DNA from: a virus
Direction: 5' to 3' (one strand)
Virus record (IMG/VR): IMGVR_UViG_3300008119_000006
Length of the DNA: 64,000 nt
The translations under genes and the position numbers were made by a program. Below the pieces are notes generated by a model, which had not been told where the DNA came from, made no database searches, and saw only the letters and a program-made list of their open reading frames with translations. Below, piece after piece: positions 1 to 9,530 of the stretch (positions within the stretch are counted from its first letter, which is position 1; the number at the start of each line of letters is the position of its first letter).

Positions 1-77
1 ATCCAAAGATGAGTAACTGGTGGCCTGTATCCGATGAGGAATGGGAACAATTGAACTACCCAAACGGTAAATAATAC

Positions 78-115
78 AGGGGGCTCTTGACAGCCCCCTC
101 TTTTTGAGTTATAAT
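78..115 (+). promoter_or_regulatory. Intrinsic terminator hairpin overlapping a sigma70 promoter
   Basis: AGGGGGCT-cttgac-AGCCCCCT followed by a T-tract; TTGACA (87-92), 17-nt spacer, TATAAT (110-115). Confidence 0.7.
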
Positions 116-364
116 TATATTATGAAAAACTGGAACAAAACTAAACCCTCTCGACCTGGTTATATTGCCACTACAACTGGCGGTAAAGCCGTTCTCAAAA
201 AGGTTCGTTCAAAAACGAATCAAGACATCTATTATACCTACTCAAATTGGGCAACCAATGAGATTGAAGGCATCACTTTCATTCCTGTAGTCAAAGCTAT
301 ACCTACAGGTGAAACACAAGTTATTCACTATATGCGTAAAGATAATTTGGAGTATGTGAAATGA
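104..364 (+). CDS. Hypothetical phage protein (true start probably ATG 122)
   Basis: ORF downstream of promoter, coupled to next ORF. Confidence 0.6.
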   Translation: MSYNYIMKNWNKTKPSRPGYIATTTGGKAVLKKVRSKTNQDIYYTYSNWATNEIEGITFIPVVKAIPTGETQVIHYMRKDNLEYVK

Positions 365-567
365 GTAAATTAATTGAACTTCAAACATTGGGCAATCCAA
401 AATATTTGTTTGATCCAAGAAATAAGTATCACATAAACCTATTCAGATGTTTTTTGAATGAAAAAAGATGGGGTGCTCCTTGTCCATTTCTTTTAGAAGA
501 ACCATATCTAAACATACCTGATATGTTGAAGGACAAATATATTAAATTTCAATTAGGACTAAAATGA
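361..567 (+). CDS. Hypothetical phage protein
   Basis: ORF overlapping both neighbours. Confidence 0.6.
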   Translation: MSKLIELQTLGNPKYLFDPRNKYHINLFRCFLNEKRWGAPCPFLLEEPYLNIPDMLKDKYIKFQLGLK

Positions 568-737
568 TTGATTGGATAATGTACTCCGGTTGTAATATTA
601 CACTTAAATTAAATCCGTTTCATTGGAGGCTTTCTTGTGCATACAATAAGACCAATGAGGTGTGGGAACAAGATGCCTTATTGATTGAGTTATTGCCAAT
701 CACCATTCGTGTTTGGTTTGACAATGGTGAGTGGTAG
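564..737 (+). CDS. Small hypothetical protein (57 aa, not in ORF track)
   Basis: ATGA overlap with upstream stop; MIDWIMYSGCNITLKLNPFHW... Confidence 0.5.
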   Translation: MIDWIMYSGCNITLKLNPFHWRLSCAYNKTNEVWEQDALLIELLPITIRVWFDNGEW

Positions 738-841
738 TACAAAGATTTCACCAGGTGAAATTGATATAGTTCATAAATAAGGTTATGTGAGCATTTACAG
801 AGCGCTACGATTATTGGGTCAATTTATTAAGGAGAGACCTA

Positions 842-1381
842 ATGAAGTTAAGTATAGTTGGTTGTCCCGATAAAGAACGCTTTAGACCTTATGTCAAGCG
901 AGCTGCTCAGTTTTACGCTCAGGAACTAATATCTGAAAAAATGTTAGAAAACATCTTTGTTCGGATAAAGTTTAGTAAAGATTTACCTGCTTATGGTTAT
1001 GCTTCGGTAGAAGATTATAATGATAGTGGTAAACCTAGAGAATTTGAAATTGAGTTACATTCTGGCATTGGTGGTTATGATATTCTCAAAACATTAGCAC
1101 ATGAAATGGTTCATGTTAAACAATATGTTTATGGTGAAACCAATGAAAGATTATCTCGTTGGAAAGGCCAAAGAGTGGATTCTGATACCATTGATTATTG
1201 GGTTCAGCCTTGGGAAATAGAAGCACACGGATATGAAGCTGGTTTATTTACCAAATTTGCTATCAAAGAAAAACTTTGGGAAGTATTTGAAGGTGTTAGT
1301 AATCCAGATTCAGAAATTAAAATAGAACCTATAGGTTGGAAAAATATACCACAAATAACTATTGACAATCAACCTATATAA
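842..1381 (+). CDS. Zn metallopeptidase-like (SprT-like) protein
   Basis: LAHEMVHVKQY HExxH motif plus downstream PWEIEA; GGAG RBS. Confidence 0.7.
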   Translation: MKLSIVGCPDKERFRPYVKRAAQFYAQELISEKMLENIFVRIKFSKDLPAYGYASVEDYNDSGKPREFEIELHSGIGGYDILKTLAHEMVHVKQYVYGETNERLSRWKGQRVDSDTIDYWVQPWEIEAHGYEAGLFTKFAIKEKLWEVFEGVSNPDSEIKIEPIGWKNIPQITIDNQPI

Positions 1382-1390
1382 TGTTATAGT
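1362..1390 (+). promoter_or_regulatory. sigma70-type promoter for the tRNA locus
   Basis: TTGACA, 17-nt spacer, TATAGT just upstream of the tRNA-like gene. Confidence 0.7.
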
Positions 1391-1399
1391 ATTACATAT

Positions 1400-1469
1400 G
1401 CGGTCGGGGTATAGAACCAGAGTAGGTGTCCAACTTACTCATCTAGTGCGAATCTAGACCACCGCTCCA
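1400..1469 (+). tRNA. Non-canonical tRNA-Gly(TCC)-like RNA
   Basis: Acceptor GCGGTCG/CCACCGC with U73 and encoded CCA; anticodon arm GAGTAGG-TGTCCAA-CTTACTC; T-arm TCTAG-TGCGAAT-CTAGA; minimal D-arm GGT-ATAGA-ACC. Confidence 0.75.
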
Positions 1470-1488
1470 CTTTTTCAAGGACTATATC

Positions 1489-1662
1489 ATGGCAGTTTCG
1501 AAATCAAAAAAGAAAAATCCGATGTTAACGAAAAATGGTAAACCAAGATTAGGTCCATTAAACATTTCTCAATTAACAAAGATGTTAGACGGTGCTCGTA
1601 AGAAAAATGTTGCTAAGATTAAAAGAGCTATTGCAAAACGTTTAAAAACACAAACTATATAG
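1489..1662 (+). CDS. Small basic protein (57 aa) between tRNAs
   Basis: AAGGA RBS; MAVSKSKKKNPMLTKNGKPRLGPLN... Confidence 0.6.
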   Translation: MAVSKSKKKNPMLTKNGKPRLGPLNISQLTKMLDGARKKNVAKIKRAIAKRLKTQTI

Positions 1663-1666
1663 TTAT

Positions 1667-1741
1667 AGCGGGGTAGCTCAGAGGTAGAGCATTGGACTCA
1701 TAATCCAGGGGCCGTAGGTTCGATTCCTTCCCCCGCAACCA
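1667..1741 (+). tRNA. tRNA-Met(CAT), initiator-like 1:72 mismatch
   Basis: Cloverleaf, CTCATAA loop, GGTTCGATTCC T-arm, ACCA end. Confidence 0.9.
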
Positions 1742-1754
1742 ACAAGGAGATATT

Positions 1755-1877
1755 ATGACTGAACCAAAAAAGCCAGCAGTAACATTACCTAAAGCAAAAA
1801 CTCCATCAGCACCAAAACCAAAACAAACATTTGTTCCTAAGATGACTGTTATGCGAAAGGCAGGTAGAGGCAGATGA
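1755..1877 (+). CDS. Small Pro/Lys-rich peptide (40 aa)
   Basis: AAGGAG RBS; MTEPKKPAVTLPKAKTPSAPKPK...RKAGRGR. Confidence 0.5.
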   Translation: MTEPKKPAVTLPKAKTPSAPKPKQTFVPKMTVMRKAGRGR

Positions 1878-2025
1878 CATCCGATTTAGAAAAGTACCGT
1901 CAACAAGCCATGGAGTTATGGTTTAAAAATGGAGGTTCATGCACTGGTGCTGAACCACCTGAACCAAAAGACATTGATGATGCAATCGCTGAAGATGAAG
2001 AATTCAAACGAATAGAAAAACAAAA

Positions 2026-2115
2026 TTAGGTCATTTTAACTATAGTTTCTAATGCCATAAGAGTTAAACTGCCAATCAATACAATCGCAAATATTAATTG
2101 CGGTAATTTATTCAT
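2026..2115 (-). CDS. 29-aa single-TM peptide
   Basis: GGAGG RBS on minus strand; MNKLPQLIFAIVLIGSLTLMALETIVKMT. Confidence 0.55.
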   Translation of the reverse strand: MNKLPQLIFAIVLIGSLTLMALETIVKMT

Positions 2116-2135
2116 AATACCTCCATTTCAGTTTA

Positions 2136-2219
2136 TTATTTAAACGCTCCTGATTCAATCACCATTAAAGAAAAACAAAATATAAGAATAAGCACGAAAA
2201 CTATTGGTTGCATATTCAT
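2136..2219 (-). CDS. 27-aa single-TM peptide
   Basis: Starts immediately after the stop of the 2220-2663 gene; MNMQPIVFVLILIFCFSLMVIESGAFK. Confidence 0.5.
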   Translation of the reverse strand: MNMQPIVFVLILIFCFSLMVIESGAFK

Positions 2220-2663
2220 TTATAATTTATACAACTTAAAAAAGTATGTTACTAAAGCCGCAGCCGTCATACACCACCAAAAAACCTGAATTTGTTTCTG
2301 CCTATCTTTATCCATGTATTTTAATTCATCGGCTCTATCTTTTTCCATTTTTGCTTTGGTTGCTTCAACTTCAGCCCAAGCAGTTTTACCATATTTTTTA
2401 GTAGCTTCTTGTTTTAACTGGTCAATTTTTTGTTGATGAGCTTTTTGTTTTTGATATTTTTCGTAAGCTCTAAACTCGGCCAATGTGGCTAAGTAATCTT
2501 GTTCGGCTTTGGCCTTCATTCTGTTGATATGTTGTTGTTGAACAGCTTTTTCCATATCAGCCTGTTGGTCGCTAACCACAGAGCCTAGTTGTTTGCCTGC
2601 ACCTTGAGCAGCTTTGAGAGTATTAACGGCACCTTGAGCGCCGGCAACGATAGAGTCGGACAT
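2220..2663 (-). CDS. Coiled-coil protein with C-terminal TM helix
   Basis: ORF track 2220-2708, likely start MSDSIV; hydrophobic C-terminus. Confidence 0.7.
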   Translation of the reverse strand: MSDSIVAGAQGAVNTLKAAQGAGKQLGSVVSDQQADMEKAVQQQHINRMKAKAEQDYLATLAEFRAYEKYQKQKAHQQKIDQLKQEATKKYGKTAWAEVEATKAKMEKDRADELKYMDKDRQKQIQVFWWCMTAAALVTYFFKLYKL

Positions 2664-2716
2664 TTGATTTCTTTTAGTTGTGTTATTGGAAATGATAAAG
2701 AATACCAAATGTCAGA

Positions 2717-2745
2717 TTGACAGGAAGGAGAGAATAACGTATAAT
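2717..2745 (+). promoter_or_regulatory. sigma70 promoter of the DNA polymerase operon
   Basis: TTGACA, 17-nt spacer, TATAAT. Confidence 0.75.
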
Positions 2746-2762
2746 CACATCAACTACATACT

Positions 2763-2770
2763 TATTTATA
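2763..2770 (-). promoter_or_regulatory. T4-type late promoter TATAAATA driving the minus-strand operon
   Basis: TATTTATA on + strand, upstream of the minus-strand genes. Confidence 0.6.
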
Positions 2771-2786
2771 ACCTGGAGATAACTAA

Positions 2787-3098
2787 ATGAAAATATTAGC
2801 TATGAAACTCGTTACCGGAGAAGAAATTCTTGGTGAAATTGAATCAGAATCAGAAACCGAATTCGTTTTAGAAAACCCTGTTGGTATTGCCATTGTTCGT
2901 GACCCCAAGACCGGTCAACCTAACGTTGGTTTTGCACCTTTCCCACTACATGCCGAACAAAAGAAGGGGTCTACGCTTGCCATTGCTAAGAAGAATGTAG
3001 TATACTCCTATGTTCCAGCAGAAGATTTTGTTAATAATTATAACAGCGTCTTTGGTTCTGGTATCGTAATATCAAAACAACAAATCATTACAGGCTAA
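2787..3098 (+). CDS. Sm-like-fold conserved T4-like protein
   Basis: KLVTGEEILGE...LENP...PF pattern; typical position before gp43. Confidence 0.6.
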   Translation: MKILAMKLVTGEEILGEIESESETEFVLENPVGIAIVRDPKTGQPNVGFAPFPLHAEQKKGSTLAIAKKNVVYSYVPAEDFVNNYNSVFGSGIVISKQQIITG

Positions 3099-3099
3099 C

Positions 3100-5637
3100 T
3101 TGAGCAACTTCTATACTAATGTACAAAGCTTCGGCAATAATATTCTTTATCGAGGCATTCAAAATGGTAAGGCGATAAGAGAGAGAATTGAATACTCTCC
3201 ATCGCTTTATATTCCATCTAAAAAAATCACCAAGTTTACCTCGTTAAACGGTGATTATCTTGACCAAAAAATCTTTGGCGATATTAGTGCAGCAAGAGAT
3301 TATGTTAAACAATTTGAAGGTGTGCCTGGTACACCAACAATCTATGGCCAAACTCGTTTTGAATATGCCTTTATTGCCGACCAACACAGCGGTATGGTCG
3401 ATTATGATTTTACTAAAGTTCAAATTGCCGTAATCGATATTGAGGTTGGTTCTGAGAATGGATTTCCTGACCCGTATCAAGCAAATGAACCTATCACCGC
3501 CATTTGTATTAAATTTCTAAATCAATCACCTTTTGTTTTCGGTTGTGGCGAATATGAAGTACAAGGTAATGAAGTATACATTCGTTGTAAAGATGAATAT
3601 AATCTCTGTAAGCAATTTATGGAGTTTTGGAAAGACAAATACCCCGATATCATTACTGGTTGGAATACAAAGTTCTTTGATATACCATATCTCATCAATC
3701 GATTCCGTAAAATTCTTGGCGAACCAGAGACCAAGAAACTATCTCCGTGGGGTTATATCTCTGAGCGGAATACTACAATCAATGGCCGGCAATTGACTGC
3801 CTATGGTTTACTTGGTGTCGAATCTCTCGATTATATTGAACTGTACAAATGGTATGCTCCTGGTGGAAAGTCACAAGAGTCCTATCGCCTCGATGCCATT
3901 GCTCAAGTTGAATTGGGTGAAGGCAAAATCTCCTATGATGAGTATGATAACCTACACTCACTCTATCGTTTGAACTATCAAAAATTTATTGAGTATAACA
4001 TTAAAGACGTTGAACTCATTATTAAACTTGAAGAAAAATTAAAGTTACTTGAATTAGGAGTAACTCTTGCATATGATACCAAGACAAACTTTGAGGACGT
4101 CTTTGCACAAACTCGTATGTGGGATTCATTGACTTATGCTTATCTCTTTGAGAAAGGTATTATTGTTCCACCACGAATCACCAAGAGTAAAGATTCGGCA
4201 TTTGAAGGTGCCTATGTTAAAGAGGTTCAAGTTGGTGCTCATGATTGGGTTGCTTCGTTTGACTTGAACTCTTTGTATCCGCATTTGATGATGCAATACA
4301 ATATCAGTCCTGAAACATTGATTGAACCAGAAAACTATACAGATGAGATGCGTGAGATTCTTTCTGGTGGTGTTGATGTGAATAAGTTGTTGGCCAAGAA
4401 AGTTGATTTATCTAAACTTGAAAATGCAACAATCACTCCTAACGGTCAATTCTTTCGTACAGACTTCCAAGGTTTCTTACCTAAGATGATGGAAGAAATG
4501 TATACTGACCGTAAGAAGTTTAAAAACTTAATGTTAAAAGCAAAACAGGAATATGAAAATGAAAAAGATTCAAACAAACTTTATGAAATCGAAAAACGAA
4601 TTGCTAAGTACAATAACATCCAGTTGGCCAAGAAAGTTTCCCTCAACTCAGCTTACGGCGCTTTGGGTTCTCAGTACTTTCGCTTTTACGATTTACGCAT
4701 GGCACTTGGTGTTACAACTGCTGGGCAATTAAGTATTCGTTGGATTGAAGCCAAGATAAACACTTGGATGAATAAAATTTTGGAGACCAAAAATGTTGAC
4801 TATGTTATTGCTTCTGATACTGATTCAATTTACCTACGAATGGGAGAATTGGTTAATAAATTTATTAAGGATACATCAGATAAACAAAAAGTAATTTTAC
4901 TCATGGATAAAATCTGTGAAGATAAGATGCAACCTTTTATCGATAATAGTTATGGTGAACTTGCAGAGTATGTTCATGCTTATCAACAAAAGATGGAGAT
5001 GAAACGAGAAGGTCTTTCCGACAAAGGTATTTGGACTGCCAAGAAACGATATATCCTTAATGTGTATAATAACGAAGGCGTACAATACAATGAACCACAA
5101 TTGAAGGTAATGGGTCTTGAGATGGTGAAGTCATCAACACCATCCGTTATTCGTGGCAAGATGTATGATTTGATTAAACTATTGGTAACTGGTACGGAAA
5201 ATGATGTACATAAATTTATTGCCGAGTTCAGAGAAGAATTTAAAAAGTTACCATCGGAAGATGTTTCCTTTCCCCGTGGCATCAACGGATTGGCTAAATA
5301 CTCCGATTCATTAAACATTTATAAACTTGGTACTCCTATTCATGTTAAGGGTGCCATACTGTATAACAACTTTCTAAAACAAAATAATCTTACCAAAAAA
5401 TATCCACTCATCCAAGAAGGCGAAAAAATTAAATTTGCCTATCTGAAGATGCCAAACCATTTTAAAGATACTGTCATTTCATTTCCTACAAGACTGCCAA
5501 AAGAGATGGGGCTTGACAACTACATTGATTATGATTTACAATTTGATAAGGCTTTCTTAGAGCCTATCAAAGTTATTTTAGATTGTATGAAATGGACAAC
5601 TGAAAAGGTAAGTTCACTCGAGGACTTTTTCTCATGA
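3100..5637 (+). CDS. 43: Family B DNA polymerase (T4 gp43)
   Basis: DIE ExoI, SFDLNSLYP, KVSLNSAYG, SDTDS, KKRY motifs. Confidence 0.98.
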   Translation: MSNFYTNVQSFGNNILYRGIQNGKAIRERIEYSPSLYIPSKKITKFTSLNGDYLDQKIFGDISAARDYVKQFEGVPGTPTIYGQTRFEYAFIADQHSGMVDYDFTKVQIAVIDIEVGSENGFPDPYQANEPITAICIKFLNQSPFVFGCGEYEVQGNEVYIRCKDEYNLCKQFMEFWKDKYPDIITGWNTKFFDIPYLINRFRKILGEPETKKLSPWGYISERNTTINGRQLTAYGLLGVESLDYIELYKWYAPGGKSQESYRLDAIAQVELGEGKISYDEYDNLHSLYRLNYQKFIEYNIKDVELIIKLEEKLKLLELGVTLAYDTKTNFEDVFAQTRMWDSLTYAYLFEKGIIVPPRITKSKDSAFEGAYVKEVQVGAHDWVASFDLNSLYPHLMMQYNISPETLIEPENYTDEMREILSGGVDVNKLLAKKVDLSKLENATITPNGQFFRTDFQGFLPKMMEEMYTDRKKFKNLMLKAKQEYENEKDSNKLYEIEKRIAKYNNIQLAKKVSLNSAYGALGSQYFRFYDLRMALGVTTAGQLSIRWIEAKINTWMNKILETKNVDYVIASDTDSIYLRMGELVNKFIKDTSDKQKVILLMDKICEDKMQPFIDNSYGELAEYVHAYQQKMEMKREGLSDKGIWTAKKRYILNVYNNEGVQYNEPQLKVMGLEMVKSSTPSVIRGKMYDLIKLLVTGTENDVHKFIAEFREEFKKLPSEDVSFPRGINGLAKYSDSLNIYKLGTPIHVKGAILYNNFLKQNNLTKKYPLIQEGEKIKFAYLKMPNHFKDTVISFPTRLPKEMGLDNYIDYDLQFDKAFLEPIKVILDCMKWTTEKVSSLEDFFS

Positions 5638-6599
5638 TATTCTTAACACTATTATCAGCACTACTACTATCAGGTATTGCAGCCTATTATTCCATTATTG
5701 GTTTGGCTGCAATCTTTACTGGTGCATTTTGGCCAATCGTTTTTATGGGCTCGGTTTTAGAAATGAGCAAGTTGGTGACTACATCATGGTTGTATCGTAA
5801 TTGGAAAACCTGCCCACTTTTATTAAAATCATATTTGACATTTGCCGTTGTCATTCTGATGATTATCACCTCTATGGGTATTTTTGGTTACCTCTCAAAA
5901 GCACACATTGATTCTACCATGGACGCTGGTGCCAATTCAGTAGAAATAAGAACACTTAAACAACAAGAAAAGATTGCTAATGAACGATTAGAATATTTAC
6001 TGAAACGTGCAGGCAATCCCGAAACGGCAACGGCCAATGTTGATAGACAAATTCAACAAACACAAAAAGAACTATCGGACATTAATAAACGAAAATTACC
6101 ATTATTGAAAGAAGAAAATAAACTTGTGGCAGAAGTTGGCCCCATCAAATATATTGGTGACATGGTATATGGCACAGATGATGCCAATGCTATCGATAAA
6201 GCGGTTCGTTTGGTAATCATGTTAATTATGGTTGTATTTGACCCGTTAGCTGTGTTATTATTGATAGCAGCAAATATGTCTATGAGTAGAAGTTCAGTTG
6301 GTAAACCAATCGTTAAAGATGGTGAAATTGTTGGAGTAACTGCACAAGATATTCCTGTGTTTGTTCCTGAAAAAGAAAAACCAAAAGAAACAGATAAGGT
6401 TGAAATAGATAAACAAAATATTGTTCAAATTGAGGAGAATATTCCAGAACAAGAACCAATTATAATTGATGAGGCTTCTGGTGAAAGTATTCCTCCAATA
6501 TCAAAAAGCAAACGTGGATTTCCAAATCGGAAGTCTAAGATAGATAGTATGTATGTAGATGATGCTGAGTTGGCATTTCGTAAAAAGGAAAATAAATGA
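5634..6599 (+). CDS. Multi-TM membrane protein with coiled coil
   Basis: Three N-terminal TM helices, coiled coil, further TM (VFDPLAV). Confidence 0.7.
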   Translation: MIFLTLLSALLLSGIAAYYSIIGLAAIFTGAFWPIVFMGSVLEMSKLVTTSWLYRNWKTCPLLLKSYLTFAVVILMIITSMGIFGYLSKAHIDSTMDAGANSVEIRTLKQQEKIANERLEYLLKRAGNPETATANVDRQIQQTQKELSDINKRKLPLLKEENKLVAEVGPIKYIGDMVYGTDDANAIDKAVRLVIMLIMVVFDPLAVLLLIAANMSMSRSSVGKPIVKDGEIVGVTAQDIPVFVPEKEKPKETDKVEIDKQNIVQIEENIPEQEPIIIDEASGESIPPISKSKRGFPNRKSKIDSMYVDDAELAFRKKENK

Positions 6600-7672
6600 G
6601 TATACTTGACAAGATTAAAAAGAACAGCAGTATTAAAGATTCGGCTATTCTGTCCAAATCAAAGTTCTTTACTGATAAAGATATGATTCCCACTTCTGTG
6701 CCAATTATCAATGTGGCACTTTCTGGTCGTTTAGATGGCGGCTTAACTCCTGGTCTCACCATGTGGGCAGGTCCATCTAAACATTTTAAAACTGCCTTCT
6801 CATTGTTGATGGCAAAATCTTATTTGGACAAATATAAAGATGCGGCTCTTTTATTCTACGATAGTGAGTTTGGTACTCCTCAAAGTTATTTTGACAGCTT
6901 TGGCATCGATACTAATCGTGTCTTGCATACACCACTTACCGATATTGAGCAGCTTAAGTTCGACATTATGCAGCAACTTACACAGTTGGAGCGTGGCGAC
7001 AGATTAATTATTATTATTGATTCGATTGGCAATTTGGCATCAAAGAAAGAAGTGGAAGATGCCTTGGCAGAAAAATCTGTTGCTGATATGTCAAGAGCAA
7101 AACAAGTGAAGTCATTGTTTAGAATGGTGACACCACATCTATCACTCAAAGATATTCCAATGGTTGTAGTAAATCACACTTACATGGAAATTGGAATGTT
7201 CCCTAAAGCAATCGTTGGTGGCGGAACAGGTTCATATTATTCTGCCGATAATATCTTTATTATTGGTCGCCAACAAGAAAAAGAAGGTACTGAGGTTATC
7301 GGTTACAACTTTATCATCAATGTAGAAAAGAGTAGATATGTTAGAGAGAAATCTAAGATTCCTGTTACGGTTCGTCACGATGGTGGTATTAGTAGGTGGA
7401 GTGGGTTACTGGACATTGCATTGGACTCTGGCCATGTTGTTAAGCCATCTAATGGTTGGTACTCAAAAGTGGACGCAGATGGTGTTATAGAAGATAAAAA
7501 ATACCGTATCAAAGAAACTGATACGTCTGATTTTTGGTTACCAATTCTTAAACAAAAAACTTTTCAAGATTTTGTACAAAACACTTACCAGATTGCCTCA
7601 GGTAATATTATGCAAGATGATGTTACTCAAGCGTTTGATGTGGAGACCACGAACGGAGTAGAAGATGATTGA
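6596..7672 (+). CDS. uvsX: UvsX RecA-like recombinase
   Basis: AGPSKHFKT P-loop, YDSEFG, IIDSIGNLASKKE. Confidence 0.97.
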   Translation: MSILDKIKKNSSIKDSAILSKSKFFTDKDMIPTSVPIINVALSGRLDGGLTPGLTMWAGPSKHFKTAFSLLMAKSYLDKYKDAALLFYDSEFGTPQSYFDSFGIDTNRVLHTPLTDIEQLKFDIMQQLTQLERGDRLIIIIDSIGNLASKKEVEDALAEKSVADMSRAKQVKSLFRMVTPHLSLKDIPMVVVNHTYMEIGMFPKAIVGGGTGSYYSADNIFIIGRQQEKEGTEVIGYNFIINVEKSRYVREKSKIPVTVRHDGGISRWSGLLDIALDSGHVVKPSNGWYSKVDADGVIEDKKYRIKETDTSDFWLPILKQKTFQDFVQNTYQIASGNIMQDDVTQAFDVETTNGVEDD

Positions 7673-7985
7673 AGGCCTTGATTATTGTTTTATTTACCCT
7701 AAAGATGATGAATCTGCGGTACACATTCGTTTCTTAGACGGACCATACAAAGATACCGTTTTTAAATATGGTAAAGTAAAGTTTGATGAAAAAAATGACC
7801 AGGTCTATTTACTTTTTGCTTACGATGTGTTAGAATCCACAGTAGATAAGCCAAGAAAATTGGAAAAAGATGACAAGTTTAAAAATTACATTGGTGATTT
7901 ACTTGTAGAAATTATGAGCGGTAATATGGAACAGGATATAATTGATGAAGCTGGAACAAGCGATACTGAAGAACCTAGTTTGTAA
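7665..7985 (+). CDS. gp40-position conserved protein (head vertex assembly chaperone-like)
   Basis: Size and synteny between uvsX and 41 as in T4. Confidence 0.45.
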   Translation: MIEGLDYCFIYPKDDESAVHIRFLDGPYKDTVFKYGKVKFDEKNDQVYLLFAYDVLESTVDKPRKLEKDDKFKNYIGDLLVEIMSGNMEQDIIDEAGTSDTEEPSL

Positions 7986-9330
7986 TGAAGAATATTTAAG
8001 AAAAGTATTACCATTTTTAAAGCCAGACTATTTCTCGGACAGAACCGAGAGAACCTTATATAATGAAATTACATCATTCACGGAAACTTATAATCATTCG
8101 CCTACGACTGAAGCAATTAGTATTGCCATCAAAGAAAAGAGAAATCTTACGGATGATGAAGTTAAGGGATGTGAAACTTATCTCCAAGAAATTGAGAGTA
8201 ATATCAAACCAGAAGCCGAGATTCAATGGCTTGTTGATAAAACCGAAAAGTTCTGCCAGGAGAAAGCCATATACAACGCAGTATTGGGGTCCATTTCAAT
8301 TCTCGATGGTAAAGACAAAGTTCACGACAAAGGTTCGATTCCCAAGATATTATCGGATGCTTTAGCAGTAAGCTTTGATAACTCCGTTGGCCATGATTAC
8401 TTACAGGACTCAGATGCTCGATATGAATTCTATCACAGAAAAGAGGAACGAATTCCATTCGACCTCGATTACTTCAACAAAATTACCAAAGGTGGTTTAC
8501 CAGCTAAAACACTTAATATTGCTTTGGCGGGGACTGGTGTTGGTAAAAGCTTATTCATGTGTCATGTCGCTGCGGGCGCCATGGTTCAAGGCAAGAATGT
8601 ATTGTATATCACATTAGAGATGGCAGAAGAAAAGATTGCAGAACGAATTGATGCAAATTTACTCAATGTTACGCTCGATGATTTGATTGACCTTCCAAAA
8701 GATATGTATGATAAGAAGGTCGCCAAAGTCCGTGAAAAGACTTATGGTAAACTTATCATCAAAGAATATCCAACTGCATCGGCATCCACAACTCATTTTA
8801 GGACATTACTCAATGAACTTAATCTTAAACGTAGTTTTAAACCTGATATTATTTTTATTGATTATCTTAACATATGTTGCTCTTCTCGTATTAAAGCCGG
8901 TGCGAATATTAATTCCTATACCTATGTTAAATCGATTGCAGAAGAACTTAGAGGGCTTGCGGTTGAGTATAATGTTCCTATTGTTTCTGCCACGCAGACT
9001 ACTCGCTCAGGATTTACAAGTAGCGATCCAGGTCTTGAGGACACCAGCGAATCATTCGGACTCCCAGCCACCGCAGACTTAATGTTTGCTTTGATTACAA
9101 GTGAAGATTTAGAAGAACTCGGCCAAATCATGGTAAAACAATTGAAGAATCGATATAATGACCCAACATATTATAAACGATTTACAATTGGTGTCGATAG
9201 AGCTAAGATGAGATTGTATGATGTTGAACAATCTGCACAACAAGGTATTGCTGATGCCGGTAAAGCACCAATCGGTGCCTTTAATAAAATTCAACCACAA
9301 AAGAAATCGTTTGATGGATTTAAAGTATGA
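7945..9330 (+). CDS. 41: Replicative DnaB-like helicase (T4 gp41)
   Basis: AGTGVGKS Walker A, ITLEM, IFIDYLNI, SATQTTR, QLKNRY. Confidence 0.97.
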   Translation: MKLEQAILKNLVCNEEYLRKVLPFLKPDYFSDRTERTLYNEITSFTETYNHSPTTEAISIAIKEKRNLTDDEVKGCETYLQEIESNIKPEAEIQWLVDKTEKFCQEKAIYNAVLGSISILDGKDKVHDKGSIPKILSDALAVSFDNSVGHDYLQDSDARYEFYHRKEERIPFDLDYFNKITKGGLPAKTLNIALAGTGVGKSLFMCHVAAGAMVQGKNVLYITLEMAEEKIAERIDANLLNVTLDDLIDLPKDMYDKKVAKVREKTYGKLIIKEYPTASASTTHFRTLLNELNLKRSFKPDIIFIDYLNICCSSRIKAGANINSYTYVKSIAEELRGLAVEYNVPIVSATQTTRSGFTSSDPGLEDTSESFGLPATADLMFALITSEDLEELGQIMVKQLKNRYNDPTYYKRFTIGVDRAKMRLYDVEQSAQQGIADAGKAPIGAFNKIQPQKKSFDGFKV

Positions 9331-9530
9331 TGGAAACTAGAACAAGGACTTTGGTTAAGACCATCATTTATAGGATTTGGGTCTTATGCTCAACCTATGT
9401 GATGTTATTGATAACAGGACAGAGTTTGACACAGGCTCTTGTTCCTACCATTATTATAAATTGTGTCTGGATGACATCGTATTATTTGTATGATAGACTT
9501 TGGACTCGTATTAAATGGGGTAGAGTATGA
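9327..9530 (+). CDS. DUF2061-like small membrane protein
   Basis: RTLVKTIIYRI...YYLYDRLW...WG pattern. Confidence 0.7.
   Translation: MMETRTRTLVKTIIYRIWVLCSTYVMLLITGQSLTQALVPTIIINCVWMTSYYLYDRLWTRIKWGRV

Noticed and set aside
1400-1469. Reading the odd tRNA as tRNA-Trp(CCA)
   Set aside because: The 7-nt loop TGTCCAA centres on TCC, and the acceptor stem and U73 are glycine identity elements.
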